From assembly GCA_947453145.1 (NCBI GenBank), contig CANGFA010000012.1, positions 4,291 through 68,290 of the forward strand: DNA of 64,000 nucleotides, given 5' to 3'. This DNA comes from Bacteroidota bacterium. Lineage in GTDB: Bacteria; Bacteroidota; Bacteroidia; Chitinophagales; Chitinophagaceae. Positions 44,486 through 55,378 of this stretch are shown here, piece after piece (position 1 is the first letter of the stretch; the number at the start of each line of letters is the position of its first letter). Below the pieces are notes generated by a model that was not told the DNA's origin, ran no database searches, and saw only the letters and a program-made list of their open reading frames with translations. The translations under genes were made by a program, and so were the position numbers.

Positions 44486-47215
44486 ATGAAATGCGCATTA
44501 AGCTTCCTTGCCTTATTTGTTTCTTTAATGTCATTTGGACAGAAAAAAGTATTAGACCATACTGTTTATGATCAATGGCAAAATATTAGAGAAGTGGTTT
44601 ACCAATCTAAAGGCGAATTTATCAGTTATGTAATGGCTCCACAGGAAGGGGATGCAATTTTAGTAATAAATAACACATCCAATAATTCAAACATTAAAAT
44701 AGAAAGAGGATCACAGGGAGTATTTACCGAAGATGGTCGTTTTTTTTTAGCTAAAATTAAACCCCTATTTCAAGAAACTAGAAAGGCTAAAATAGATAAA
44801 AAGAAACCAGAAGAAATGCCTAAGGATAGTTTAGTGATTGTAAACTTAGCTACAAGTCATATTGAAAAAATTGCTTCTGTTAAATCATTTCAACTACCAA
44901 CTAAAGGGAATGATCAATTGGTTTATTTAGTAGATAAAAAAGCGGATATTAGTAAAGAAGGTTCCGATTTAGTGTGGAGGGATTTAAACTCAAATACATC
45001 TAAGACTTTCCCAAATATTACTCAATATAATTTACAGCCACTTGGTTTAGGGCTGGCGATGGTAGAAGTAAAAACAAAAACTACAAGTAGTAAAATTTTA
45101 CTAGCCAATTTAGTAGACACTTTACCCAAAGCAATTAGTACACATTTTTATACTGCCACAGGGTTAACTTGGGATGAAAATGGTAAATCGCTTGCTTATT
45201 TAATTGAAAATGATAGCACCAATAGTGCACTGCAAAAAAACTATGAGTTGGCTATTTTTAAATCACATTTTGATACTGCCCAAAGAGTGTTGAATAGAAA
45301 TAATCCATCCTTCCCCAATAATTACACCATTGGAGGAGATAAAAAATTAGTTTTTAGTAAAACTGGTAATAAATTGGAGCTAGGCATTCAACCCTTACTT
45401 CCTATCAAGGATACCAGTTTGCCAGACTTTGAAAGAGCTGGTTTGGATATTTGGAATTACAATGACCCGGTATTACAAACGGTACAACTTAAAAATTTAG
45501 ATGCCGATTTAAAAGCAACCGAGCCTGTGATCTATGACATTGCTTCTGGGAAAACCGTTTATTTAGGTAAACTAAGAGAACGAAATAGAATAGCTACTTT
45601 GGAAGGAGACGGTGATATTAGTTATGCCATTCAAGATTCTACATATGAAATCGCATCCCAATGGCAAGGGTATAGTTTAAAAGATATTTATGAGATTAAT
45701 AATTTAAATGGACAGCATAGCTTAATACATAAAGCTTGGAAGGGGAATCTAATTTCAAGTTCCTTGGATGGTAGCCATTTGGTTTTTTATGACGAAACTT
45801 TAAAAAAATATTTTGGATATGACGCCAAAACAAAAAAGGAAATTATCATTGCAAAAGATATTAAATTTCCTTTGTATGACGAGGATAATGACGTACCGGA
45901 TGATCCTAATGCATATGGAATTGCAAAATGGTTAAGTGACAATTCATCCTTTATTTTATATGATAGATATGATTTATGGTTGGTAGATGCAAATGGAAAT
46001 AAACCCTCCCAATTATTAACAAATGGACGTACTATCAAAACAAATTACCGTTTTGTAGAAACCAATGAAGAGCATAAAACAATTTCAAATACGGATAGTT
46101 TACTGTTAAAAGGATTTAATGAAATAGATAAGTCCGAGTCATTGGCTATGTTAACTATGAATAACAAGGAGTTGAAAGTAATTAATAAATTACCAATGCA
46201 TTTCACGACAATTGTAAAAGCTAAAAACGCAAATAGTTTTGTAGTGATGCAAGAAGACGAAAAGTCATCCCCTAATTTATTTGCATATCAATTTAAAAAA
46301 GAGCAACAAAATCCAAAACCATTTACTCAAATTAATCCACAACAAAATGAATACAATTGGCTTACTACCCAATTGGTAAGTTGGAAATCGTATACCGGTA
46401 AAAAAGCCGAAGGCATAATGTATTATCCAGAGGATTTTGATCCTAAGAAAAAGTATCCAATGATTGTCTATTTTTATGAAAGAAACAATCAAACCTTACA
46501 TAATTATTTAGCGCCTTCACCAACTCCTTCTCGTTTGAATATTCCTTTTTTTGTGAGCAGAGGTTACTTGGTTTTTGTACCTGATATTTGGTATAAAGTT
46601 GGCTATCCAGGACAGGGTGCGTATGATTATATTTTAAGTGGAACCAGGGCAATGATTCAAAAAGGATTTGTTGACAGCACAAAAATTGGATTACAAGGAC
46701 AAAGTTGGGGAGGCTATCAAATTGCATATTTAATTACGAAGACAAATTTATATGCAGCAGCTTGGGCTGGAGCTCCTGTTGTGAATATGATAAGTGCCTA
46801 TGGAGGAATTAGATGGGGGCCAGGTATTGTAAGACAATTTCAATATGAGAAAACACAAAGTAGGTTAGGTGCAACTTTATGGGAACGACCAGACTTGTAT
46901 ATCCAAAACTCACCTTTGTTTTCCTTGCCTAAAGTAACCACTCCTTTAGTAATTATGAATAATGATGCAGACGATGCAGTACCATGGTATCAAGGGATTG
47001 AGTATTTTACAGCAATGCGAAGACTAAATAAAAAAATATGGTTACTGGTGTATAATAATGAAGCACATAATTTAGTTGAAAGAAAAAATAAGAAAGACAT
47101 TCAAATAAGAGAACAACAATTCTTTGATCATTATTTAAAAGGGGAACCCATGCCAACCTGGATGAGTAAGGGTGTTCCAGCTATTATGAAAGGAAGAGAT
47201 TGGGGATTACATTAA
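44486..47215 (+). CDS. S9 prolyl oligopeptidase family peptidase (secreted)
   Basis: GQSWGG nucleophile, NDADDAV (Asp), EAHNL (His), an N-terminal propeller and a signal peptide. Confidence 0.92.
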   Translation: MKCALSFLALFVSLMSFGQKKVLDHTVYDQWQNIREVVYQSKGEFISYVMAPQEGDAILVINNTSNNSNIKIERGSQGVFTEDGRFFLAKIKPLFQETRKAKIDKKKPEEMPKDSLVIVNLATSHIEKIASVKSFQLPTKGNDQLVYLVDKKADISKEGSDLVWRDLNSNTSKTFPNITQYNLQPLGLGLAMVEVKTKTTSSKILLANLVDTLPKAISTHFYTATGLTWDENGKSLAYLIENDSTNSALQKNYELAIFKSHFDTAQRVLNRNNPSFPNNYTIGGDKKLVFSKTGNKLELGIQPLLPIKDTSLPDFERAGLDIWNYNDPVLQTVQLKNLDADLKATEPVIYDIASGKTVYLGKLRERNRIATLEGDGDISYAIQDSTYEIASQWQGYSLKDIYEINNLNGQHSLIHKAWKGNLISSSLDGSHLVFYDETLKKYFGYDAKTKKEIIIAKDIKFPLYDEDNDVPDDPNAYGIAKWLSDNSSFILYDRYDLWLVDANGNKPSQLLTNGRTIKTNYRFVETNEEHKTISNTDSLLLKGFNEIDKSESLAMLTMNNKELKVINKLPMHFTTIVKAKNANSFVVMQEDEKSSPNLFAYQFKKEQQNPKPFTQINPQQNEYNWLTTQLVSWKSYTGKKAEGIMYYPEDFDPKKKYPMIVYFYERNNQTLHNYLAPSPTPSRLNIPFFVSRGYLVFVPDIWYKVGYPGQGAYDYILSGTRAMIQKGFVDSTKIGLQGQSWGGYQIAYLITKTNLYAAAWAGAPVVNMISAYGGIRWGPGIVRQFQYEKTQSRLGATLWERPDLYIQNSPLFSLPKVTTPLVIMNNDADDAVPWYQGIEYFTAMRRLNKKIWLLVYNNEAHNLVERKNKKDIQIREQQFFDHYLKGEPMPTWMSKGVPAIMKGRDWGLH

Positions 47216-48690
47216 ACGTATTGAAACCATTGTCTGTTTTCATCCCATCTTTCACATGCTTTAGCAACGGCCGCTAAAAATTGTGTACCAATGGCGCCGT
47301 CTACAATTCTGTGGTCATAGCTCATAGAAAGGTACATGATATGTCTAATGGCAATGGCGTCACCAGAAGGTGTTTCAACCACAACAGGGCGTTTTTTAAT
47401 TGCCCCCAATGCTAAAATTGCAACCTGTGGTTGATTAATAATGGGGGTGCCCATAATACTTCCAAAAGTGCCTACATTGGTTACTGTAAAGGTGCCATCT
47501 TTTGTATCGGTGGGATTAAGTTGGTTATTTCTTGCAGCGTTTGCTAAATTATTAACTGCTTTTGTTATACCCACTATGCTTAATTGATTTGCCCCTTTGA
47601 TTACAGGAACAATTAAATTGCCGGTGGGTAGGGCAGTAGCCATACCAATATTTATATCTTTTTTATAGATAATTTGATCCCCTTGTAAACTTGAATTGAT
47701 AATTGGAAATTGTTCAAGACAACCTGCGATCACTTCCAGGAACATGGGTGTATAGGTTAATTTAGTACCTTCTCTTTTTTCAAAAAGTTGTTTTACTTTT
47801 TCTCTCCAAACGACCATATTTGTTACATCAACTTCTACAAAAGAGGTAACATGCGGACTGGTTTGTACACTGTCTACCATATGCTTCGCGATCAATTTGC
47901 GCATTCTATCCATTTCCTTTAATTCACTTTCACCTGAAAGGATTACATCCTCAGGGCGGGCAAATTTGTTGTTAATAGATTGAGTTGAGAAATTGGAGTG
48001 AGCTGCTAAAATAGTATCCAATGGATTGCTTTGTGTCGCAGATGGAGTGGTATCCATCATACTGTTAGCCACCGTTGTTGAAGATGCTACAGGAAGTACA
48101 CCCACTTTTTTTGCAGCGATATAATTTAAAATATCTTTTTTAGTAACCCTTGCTTCATTTCCAGTTCCATTGATAAATTGTAATTCATTGAATCCAATTC
48201 CTTCGCTTTGAGCGATGCTTAAAACCAATGGCGAATAAAATTTTGGCTCACCAATAATGGGTTGTGTAGTATTATTTTCAACAGCGCCTTGTATAGGTGA
48301 ATTTGTATTATTGGGATTGCTTGGGGTATAGGGTACTGTTTCTACCTCTTCCAAAACAGTATTAGGTGTATTTATTTCCTTAATTGTTTCTGGAATGATC
48401 GCAACGGGTTCATTAGTGGAAATATTGGGTACAACTGTATCTTGAGATTCAATTCTTGCAATGACCGCGCCAATTGGAACGACTGCATTTACTTCAAATA
48501 AAATTTCTTTAATAATTCCACTAACCGTAGAAGGTACTTCGCTATCTACTTTGTCAGTGGCAATGTCTAATAAATTTTCATCCAGCTGAATAGTATCACC
48601 TACTTGCTTATACCATTTTAAAATGGTCGCTTCCATTATAGATTCACCCAATTTAGGCATCACCAAGTCAACAAGCGGCATATGGGACAT
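47212..48690 (-). CDS. Dihydrolipoamide acyltransferase E2 of a 2-oxo-acid dehydrogenase (BCKDH-type likely); ORF open to 48699
   Basis: Lipoyl domain (MPKLGES...TDKVDSEV), PSBD (YSPLV...GTGNEARVTKKDI) and catalytic YDHRIVDG. Confidence 0.9.
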   Translation of the reverse strand: MSHMPLVDLVMPKLGESIMEATILKWYKQVGDTIQLDENLLDIATDKVDSEVPSTVSGIIKEILFEVNAVVPIGAVIARIESQDTVVPNISTNEPVAIIPETIKEINTPNTVLEEVETVPYTPSNPNNTNSPIQGAVENNTTQPIIGEPKFYSPLVLSIAQSEGIGFNELQFINGTGNEARVTKKDILNYIAAKKVGVLPVASSTTVANSMMDTTPSATQSNPLDTILAAHSNFSTQSINNKFARPEDVILSGESELKEMDRMRKLIAKHMVDSVQTSPHVTSFVEVDVTNMVVWREKVKQLFEKREGTKLTYTPMFLEVIAGCLEQFPIINSSLQGDQIIYKKDINIGMATALPTGNLIVPVIKGANQLSIVGITKAVNNLANAARNNQLNPTDTKDGTFTVTNVGTFGSIMGTPIINQPQVAILALGAIKKRPVVVETPSGDAIAIRHIMYLSMSYDHRIVDGAIGTQFLAAVAKACERWDENRQWFQYV

Positions 48691-48707
48691 TTTGTACAAA
48701 AATAAGA

Positions 48708-49988
48708 CTAAATCTTATTGATTATTAATAACCTAAGTAAATTTATGGCCTGAGTAGCAGTTACCTCTATATTTCTAGATCGGTCAAAACGCAAGTAAAA
48801 AACCTTTGAAAAAACCTTTTCCTTGTTAGCAACCCCAATCCAAACCATTCCTAGAGGTTTTTCGTCAGTTTGACCCGATGGCCCCATAATACCACTAACG
48901 GATACCCCATAAGTAGTGTTCATTTTAGATCGGACTGCAATGGCCATTTGCTCGACTGCTTCCTTACTTACAGCCCCCACGGTGTGAAGGATTTCAGAGG
49001 ATACGTCTAAAAATTCTGTTTTAATCCGGTTGTCATAGCTAATGATTCCCCCAGTATAAAATTGGGAGGATCCTGCATGTTTTGACAATAAATGACCTAT
49101 AAAGCCTCCAGTGCAACTCTCGGCCGTTGCAACTGTTTCGTTATTTGCTTTTAATAAGTTGCCTACCACCACTTCCATGGGTTCATCCTTATCCGTGACT
49201 AAGTATTCATGAACCTGCATTTTTAATTGAGAAAAAGCTTCTTCAATATTGGAAATCAATTCATTTTCGTTTTCACCTATACCAGTTAATCTAAGTCTTA
49301 CCATGCCAAAATTAGGTAAATAAGCAAGTTTGATAGGACTAGGTAAGGTGGTTTCAAAATCGGAGATCATTTCAGCTAAAAAGGATTCTCCTATTCCGGC
49401 TGTCAATAAAGTTCTATGAACGATATGTGGTGTTTTAAAATTTTGTTGGATTTTGGGAATTACATATTTATCTACCAATGCTTTCATTTCGTGGGGAACG
49501 CCAGGTAAAGAAAAATAAAGTACACCCTCTTTTTCAAACAACATGCCAGGAGCCGTACCATTTTCATTGAATAATACTTCGCAAACATCTGGCACTTCTG
49601 CTTGTTTGCTATTTCTTTCAATTAAGGGACGCTTATATTTATTTACAAAAATATCTATGATATGATCAAGTGTTGGCTGGTGAGTAACCATATTACCTCC
49701 AAAGTATTCATTCAATAAAGGTTTAGTAATATCATCAGCAGTAGGGCCTAAGCCGCCTGTGATAATAACTACATTACTTTGTTTAGAGGTAGATATTAAA
49801 GTATCCCAAATGCCATTTTTAGTATCCCCCACAGCAATTCTATTATTTACTTCTACTCCAATTTTATTTAGGGATTGTGCAATATAGGCACTGTTGGTAT
49901 CAATTACTTGGCCTATAAGTAGTTCGTCTCCAATGGTAATTATTGAAGCTTTAATGGATTGCATTTGAGAATTATTAATTGGTTGCAA
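48708..49988 (-). CDS. cinA: CinA family protein (MoCF/COG1058 domain + NMN deamidase); probable ATG 49964
   Basis: IGDELLIGQVIDTN, GGLGPTADD, LPGVPHEM, AESCTGG and GAVS. Confidence 0.9.
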   Translation of the reverse strand: MQPINNSQMQSIKASIITIGDELLIGQVIDTNSAYIAQSLNKIGVEVNNRIAVGDTKNGIWDTLISTSKQSNVVIITGGLGPTADDITKPLLNEYFGGNMVTHQPTLDHIIDIFVNKYKRPLIERNSKQAEVPDVCEVLFNENGTAPGMLFEKEGVLYFSLPGVPHEMKALVDKYVIPKIQQNFKTPHIVHRTLLTAGIGESFLAEMISDFETTLPSPIKLAYLPNFGMVRLRLTGIGENENELISNIEEAFSQLKMQVHEYLVTDKDEPMEVVVGNLLKANNETVATAESCTGGFIGHLLSKHAGSSQFYTGGIISYDNRIKTEFLDVSSEILHTVGAVSKEAVEQMAIAVRSKMNTTYGVSVSGIMGPSGQTDEKPLGMVWIGVANKEKVFSKVFYLRFDRSRNIEVTATQAINLLRLLIINKI

Positions 49989-50009
49989 AGTAAATCAAAA
50001 TAAGGCGTT

Positions 50010-50420
50010 TTAACTAAAATAAGGACTAAGTTTTTCACTTAAAAATGGGGGCATGCATGCGCGTTTAGAAAGGGTATTATCCATAAAATATAATTTAACC
50101 GTTCCTATAGTAAGTAGTTTGCCGTCTTGATTAAAAATTTCCTGATCAAATTGAATTCGATGATCTACTGGTAATTGCTTAATCATGGTTTTAATGGTGA
50201 TTGAATCGTCATATTTGGCAGGTCTTAAATATTTTATATTTAATTCTACTACTGGCAACATAAATCCCATCTCTTCCATGGTTTTATAACTTATTCCAAG
50301 TGCCCTTAATCCTTCCACTCTGCCCACTTCAAAATACTGAGCATAATTGCCGTAATAAACTACATTCATAGGGTCTGCTTCGGCATATCTTACCCTTAGG
50401 GTGGTAACGTGTTCGTACAT
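50010..50420 (-). CDS. Acyl-CoA thioesterase (YbgC/FadM hotdog fold); ORF open to 50495
   Basis: RVRYAEADPMNVVYYGNYAQYFEVGR and YLRPAKYDD. Confidence 0.9.
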   Translation of the reverse strand: MYEHVTTLRVRYAEADPMNVVYYGNYAQYFEVGRVEGLRALGISYKTMEEMGFMLPVVELNIKYLRPAKYDDSITIKTMIKQLPVDHRIQFDQEIFNQDGKLLTIGTVKLYFMDNTLSKRACMPPFLSEKLSPYFS

Positions 50421-50546
50421 CTTGCTTGATTTTATTGTAATTGTTAACAAATTTAAGCATTCAAAGTGTTTTTCCACAATAAGTCTATTTAACAATACGT
50501 TCTATGAAGAGGGCTTAATTTTAGGTTACTATTAAATACAGGCTTT

Positions 50547-53500
50547 ATGTTCAAAAAAACAGCATTTTTACCTTTTTGCTTTCTTCTGCTCACGAGCAGT
50601 TTTTATGTTCCCGTTGCTGGTCAAAATGAAGCTTACCTTACATCGGTAAACACCCCTTTTGAAAAGGGGCTAAATGCTTTAAAGTTGGGGGATACCGTTG
50701 CTGCATTTCAGTACATTCAGTCCGCTTATACTTTTGACAAAGCCAATATAGACATTGCCTTTTATTATCACAAATTATCCTTGTTTGTAGAAAATCCAAA
50801 TGCCGAGTCCATGGCTAAGGAATGGCTAGCTAGTTGTACCAATCGAATATACCTTTCTAAATTATCTTTTGCTTTAGGACAATATTATTTTAAACACAAA
50901 ATGGATGCGCAAGCATTTGCTTCTTTTGCTTTTGTGAGTTTGGATGATATGGATAATGAGGAAATTGTACTTATGAAATATTTGCAAGGCTACTTACATT
51001 TTAAAGCAGGAAATTGGGATAAAGCAACTTCTTTATTAAATGCAGTTAGACAGGTTAAAAACAATCCAAATTATACCGACGCTAATTATTATGCAGGTTT
51101 TATTGCGCTAGAAAAAAAAGAGTTTAATGTTGCTTTAGGTTATTTTCAAATTGCATCCCAAAACCAAGCCTATTCGAAATTAACGCCTTTTTATATAAGC
51201 CAATTGTATTATTTCCTAGGAGACTATAATAAAGCAATGCAAACCTGTGAGGATGCATTAAAAGTAAACGGTCAATTTTATGAAATTAAGTTAAAACAAT
51301 TAATGGGTCATTTGCTTTTTGAGCAAAAAGAGTACTCAAAGGCTTTACCTTATTTATCTAATTATGTTTCAGTTCAAAAAAATGTAGCAACGCAGGATTT
51401 ATATCAACTTTCCTTTTGTTATTTCCAATCCCAAAATTGGGAAAAAGCCATTCCTGGATTTAAAGAATTGGCCAATGTAGAGGATTCGCTTGGTCAAAAC
51501 AGTATGTATTTATTAGCCACGTCTTATTTAAAAGTTAATGATAAGAATGGAGCAAAGAATGCATTTTTAATTTGTTCTTCTAAAAGTCAAAATTTATCTC
51601 AGAAAGAAATTTCTTTGTTTAATTATGGAAAGCTTTGTACTGAATTAAAGGAATATAGCAATGCAATTTATGCTTTAGATAAGTTTATTAAAACTTATCC
51701 ATCCTCCATCTATAAAGTGGAAGCAACTTCTTTATGGATTACAGCGCTGGCATATAGTAACAATTTTATACAAGCTTTAGAGGCATTTGAATCTGTTTCA
51801 AATCCTTCTTCGGACTTGTTAAAATTGTACCCAAGCATTTTATACGGTAGAGCCACACTTTATATTAATGAGGGGCAAATTGAAAAAGCATACCCTTTAT
51901 TAAATCAAATATTAAATACACCGTATAATACTAAAATTGTTCCTTACGCACAATTCTGGCTTGGTGAACTTTCCTACAAGTTGGGTAGGATAGATATGGC
52001 GGTAGAAGTTTTAGAGCGTTTTTTAATAGATCCTATTGAAGTTGGTGAAGTATCACAAAGACATGCTAAATATACCTTAGGTTATTGTTACCTAAAAAAA
52101 GGAAATTATCAAAAAGCACTAGACTACTTCTCCTTTGTTTCAAAATACAATCATAGTAATATGATTGAAGCCTATCAACAAGATGCCTACTTAAGATTAG
52201 GGGACTGCCAAATGATGACTAAGCAATACAAAGCAGCCCTAGAAATATACCAAAATGCGATTGAGTGGCAATGGTCAACAACAGACTATGCAACTTTACA
52301 GAAAGCAATTATTATGGGCGGTATGGGGAAAGCGAATGATAAAATAAAAATATTAAAAGATTTTTCGAATCAATTCCCATCCTCTGCTTATTTAAACGAT
52401 GCATTTATGGAATTATCTGATACCTATACGAATCAGGAAAATTTCGAATCTGCTATTGAACCTTTAAGTAAGGTACTAATTGATAAGAAAGCAATGAGTT
52501 ATTATCCCCAAGCCTATTATAAATTAGGGATAGTATATTTTAATTTAAATAAGAATGAAGCAGCTTTACAAAATTTCAGATCCTTGTATACTGCTTATCC
52601 TAATTCAATTGAGAGTGAAAATTCGGTTGAATTTATTAGAAATATTTACATCGAAAATCAAACTCCTGAATTATTCGTTCAGTTCATGAATGATTTCGGA
52701 AAACCATTGGCCGTTAATGAACAAGATTCTTTAACATATAGAGCTTCCATGATTAAGTATGAACAAAAAATGTTTACTGAAACCTTGCAAGGGCTTAAAA
52801 AATACATAAACGCTTTTCCACAAGGCAAAAATCATCTAGAAGCTAATAATATCATTGCAGAAATCTATTATGCACAACAGCAATATGATTCAGCAGCATT
52901 TTATTTTGGAAACGTAGCGAATCAGTCGCCAAATAAATTTGCTGAAAGAGCTGCATTGCTTGCAGCTAGATTGAATTATTTCAATATTAAAAATTATAAA
53001 TTAGCAGAAAACTATTTTAATATTTTAGCTTTAGTTGCAACTCAGCAAGAAAATAAAAATGAGGCATTAAAAGGCTTATTAAGATGTGAATATAAAAATG
53101 AACAATGGCAGGATTGTGCCATTATTGCTGCACAAATTATTCAAGATAAGAGCTCTGCACCAGACGATATATTAATAGCCAACATGGCTTTATATCATCA
53201 AGCTTTAATTAGCAAAGACACAGCTACTGCCATTCAGCTTTTATCTAAAGTAATTAAATCCAACTCTACTCTTATTACGGCTGAAGCACATTATTTATTA
53301 GCTAAACTATATTTAGATCAACAAAAACTTACTCTTGCAGAAAAAACAGCTTTTGATGTAATAAAAAAACAAGCTGCCTATGAATTTTGGGTTACTAAAT
53401 CTTATATTTTATTAGGGGATATTTATATTGCTGAAAAAGACAATTTTAATGCAATTGCGACCTATAAAAGTGTCGCAGAAAATGCGAGTATGGAGGAATT

Positions 53501-53555
53501 AAAAACAGAAGCAGCAAATAAATTAAAACTACTTGTTGAATCAACTAACAATTAA
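50547..53555 (+). CDS. Large periplasmic tetratricopeptide-repeat protein
   Basis: Signal peptide (VAG|Q) and many TPRs (e.g. AYYKLGIVYF, DAYLRLGDC, AQFWLGE). Confidence 0.88.
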   Translation: MFKKTAFLPFCFLLLTSSFYVPVAGQNEAYLTSVNTPFEKGLNALKLGDTVAAFQYIQSAYTFDKANIDIAFYYHKLSLFVENPNAESMAKEWLASCTNRIYLSKLSFALGQYYFKHKMDAQAFASFAFVSLDDMDNEEIVLMKYLQGYLHFKAGNWDKATSLLNAVRQVKNNPNYTDANYYAGFIALEKKEFNVALGYFQIASQNQAYSKLTPFYISQLYYFLGDYNKAMQTCEDALKVNGQFYEIKLKQLMGHLLFEQKEYSKALPYLSNYVSVQKNVATQDLYQLSFCYFQSQNWEKAIPGFKELANVEDSLGQNSMYLLATSYLKVNDKNGAKNAFLICSSKSQNLSQKEISLFNYGKLCTELKEYSNAIYALDKFIKTYPSSIYKVEATSLWITALAYSNNFIQALEAFESVSNPSSDLLKLYPSILYGRATLYINEGQIEKAYPLLNQILNTPYNTKIVPYAQFWLGELSYKLGRIDMAVEVLERFLIDPIEVGEVSQRHAKYTLGYCYLKKGNYQKALDYFSFVSKYNHSNMIEAYQQDAYLRLGDCQMMTKQYKAALEIYQNAIEWQWSTTDYATLQKAIIMGGMGKANDKIKILKDFSNQFPSSAYLNDAFMELSDTYTNQENFESAIEPLSKVLIDKKAMSYYPQAYYKLGIVYFNLNKNEAALQNFRSLYTAYPNSIESENSVEFIRNIYIENQTPELFVQFMNDFGKPLAVNEQDSLTYRASMIKYEQKMFTETLQGLKKYINAFPQGKNHLEANNIIAEIYYAQQQYDSAAFYFGNVANQSPNKFAERAALLAARLNYFNIKNYKLAENYFNILALVATQQENKNEALKGLLRCEYKNEQWQDCAIIAAQIIQDKSSAPDDILIANMALYHQALISKDTATAIQLLSKVIKSNSTLITAEAHYLLAKLYLDQQKLTLAEKTAFDVIKKQAAYEFWVTKSYILLGDIYIAEKDNFNAIATYKSVAENASMEELKTEAANKLKLLVESTNN

Positions 53556-55372
53556 TGAATTTCGATATGAAATACAATTTTAAACATATATTATTTTTAT
53601 TAATTGCTAGTCTTTTAATATATATGCCTGCACAAGCGCAGAAGAAAAAGAAAAATAACAAGCAAGCAATCACTAAAAAGAAGGTTGCTAAGACTAATAA
53701 CAAAACTGTTAAAGAGAAAACAGTAAAAATAAATCAACCGTCAAAAGCCATTACTAAAGATCCAGCACCGGTTAAAAATGCTTCAGTACAATTAATTAGA
53801 ACAGATTCTTTACCTGAGAAAGTGGTGACCATTTTATCTGCTTTTAAACCTCAGCTAAAAAATTTGGCTAAAATAGACTTTGTAACTGCTAGTGAAAGAA
53901 CTGATAAAGGTTCCGTTCATTTAGAGTATCAAGTGCCAAGTCAAAATTTAAGTTTTCAATACCAGCCAATTTCTTTAGTGCCTCGGGCGTTTAAATTAGA
54001 TTCAATAAATCTTTCAAAAAGCAATACACAAATTAAGTTTGGATATGGCAATTACTTTCATCATTTTATAGCGATTGATCATTATTTAATGGACGGCAAT
54101 AAAAATACCCATTCATTTAATGTAGACAATGAAGCGATCACTGGAAGTCATCATTTACAATCTACTCGTACCACTAATTTAAATTATTTGGGTGATTTCA
54201 ATTTCCAAGATCAAGGCCATTTATTATCTAAAATATATTATAAGCAAACTGACAGGTATAGATATGGCTTGGTACCTGATGCTACTGTTCTCCCACTTGC
54301 TAATTTTAAACAAAATTCATTTCTTACAGGGACTTCAATTGCTTGGATAGCTAATCAAAATGGGTCATTCAACTATGCACCCATTTTAGGTTACGAAAGG
54401 TTTGAGGGTATCGAGGGGGCAACTAATAATTTAATCAGTTTTAAAAGTCCTTTTTCAATTGACATAAAAAATGAAACAAAATTTATTTTTGATTTGTCCT
54501 ATTCAATGAATCAATTTTCACCTAGAGGACGCAATAGCCAAACCAATCATCTAGTAAGAATAGATCCTTCTATTTCATTTCATAAATTAAATAGTAATTT
54601 TACTTTAGGAGTTAGTCCAATATTAACGAGTGATGAATTTTTGCTTAAGCCAACGCTAACATTCCAAAAAGTATTAAATGATACTAACATAATTTTAGCT
54701 GCAGGATGGCATACCTTAACCCAAAACAATTCCTATGCCAGTGTAGAAGCACAAAATCCATGGATAGGAGTCCCCGATAAATTAGCCATTACCACACAGG
54801 ATAGTAAGTATATTCAAATCCAAATAAGTAACGGGAAACGATTAAATTATGGTTTTGCATTATCGTTAAATGACTATTCTAATTTATTATTATTTAATAA
54901 ACGTTTAAATACAATCATCTTAAATAATGGTTTGTATTATGCGAGCATTTTTGAGAAAAAAGCAAGTACTATTCAATTTGATGCCAACTTAAGATATCAA
55001 TTTAGTGATCATTTCCTTTTTACCAATAACTTAAAATATATTCAATTTAATTCGTTACAACAAAATGCGAAACCTTGGGGTATATTACCGCTGGAATTAA
55101 ATTCAAAATTAACTTGGATGCCAAATAAAAAATTGCAAATAAATAGCAACTTTCAGTATTGGACAGGTGCCGCTATGTTAAATGAAAAAAATGCTCCAGT
55201 TAATTTAAACAATGCATTTGTTTTGAATGCATCCTTATCTTATGCACTCACCCATAAATTAAGTACTTGGGTAAAAGGAGAGAATTTATTAGATAACACT
55301 TACCAAAGATGGTCAAATTATCCAGCAATTGGTGTTCAATTTATTGCAGGAGTTGTATATTCGTTTAAGTAA
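53555..55372 (+). CDS. Outer-membrane beta-barrel protein (often annotated TonB-dependent-receptor-like; no obvious plug)
   Basis: Signal peptide (AQA|Q), Lys-rich N-tail, amphipathic strands, VKGENLLDNTY and C-terminal GVVYSFK. TAATG-coupled to the TPR gene. Confidence 0.72.
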   Translation: MNFDMKYNFKHILFLLIASLLIYMPAQAQKKKKNNKQAITKKKVAKTNNKTVKEKTVKINQPSKAITKDPAPVKNASVQLIRTDSLPEKVVTILSAFKPQLKNLAKIDFVTASERTDKGSVHLEYQVPSQNLSFQYQPISLVPRAFKLDSINLSKSNTQIKFGYGNYFHHFIAIDHYLMDGNKNTHSFNVDNEAITGSHHLQSTRTTNLNYLGDFNFQDQGHLLSKIYYKQTDRYRYGLVPDATVLPLANFKQNSFLTGTSIAWIANQNGSFNYAPILGYERFEGIEGATNNLISFKSPFSIDIKNETKFIFDLSYSMNQFSPRGRNSQTNHLVRIDPSISFHKLNSNFTLGVSPILTSDEFLLKPTLTFQKVLNDTNIILAAGWHTLTQNNSYASVEAQNPWIGVPDKLAITTQDSKYIQIQISNGKRLNYGFALSLNDYSNLLLFNKRLNTIILNNGLYYASIFEKKASTIQFDANLRYQFSDHFLFTNNLKYIQFNSLQQNAKPWGILPLELNSKLTWMPNKKLQINSNFQYWTGAAMLNEKNAPVNLNNAFVLNASLSYALTHKLSTWVKGENLLDNTYQRWSNYPAIGVQFIAGVVYSFK

Positions 55373-55378
55373 TTAGTT

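Noticed and set aside
41960-47215. Polysaccharide/peptide utilisation locus (TonB receptor + S9 peptidase)
   Set aside because: The genes are divergent, with no SusD-like lipoprotein or regulator. A shared function is possible but unsupported.
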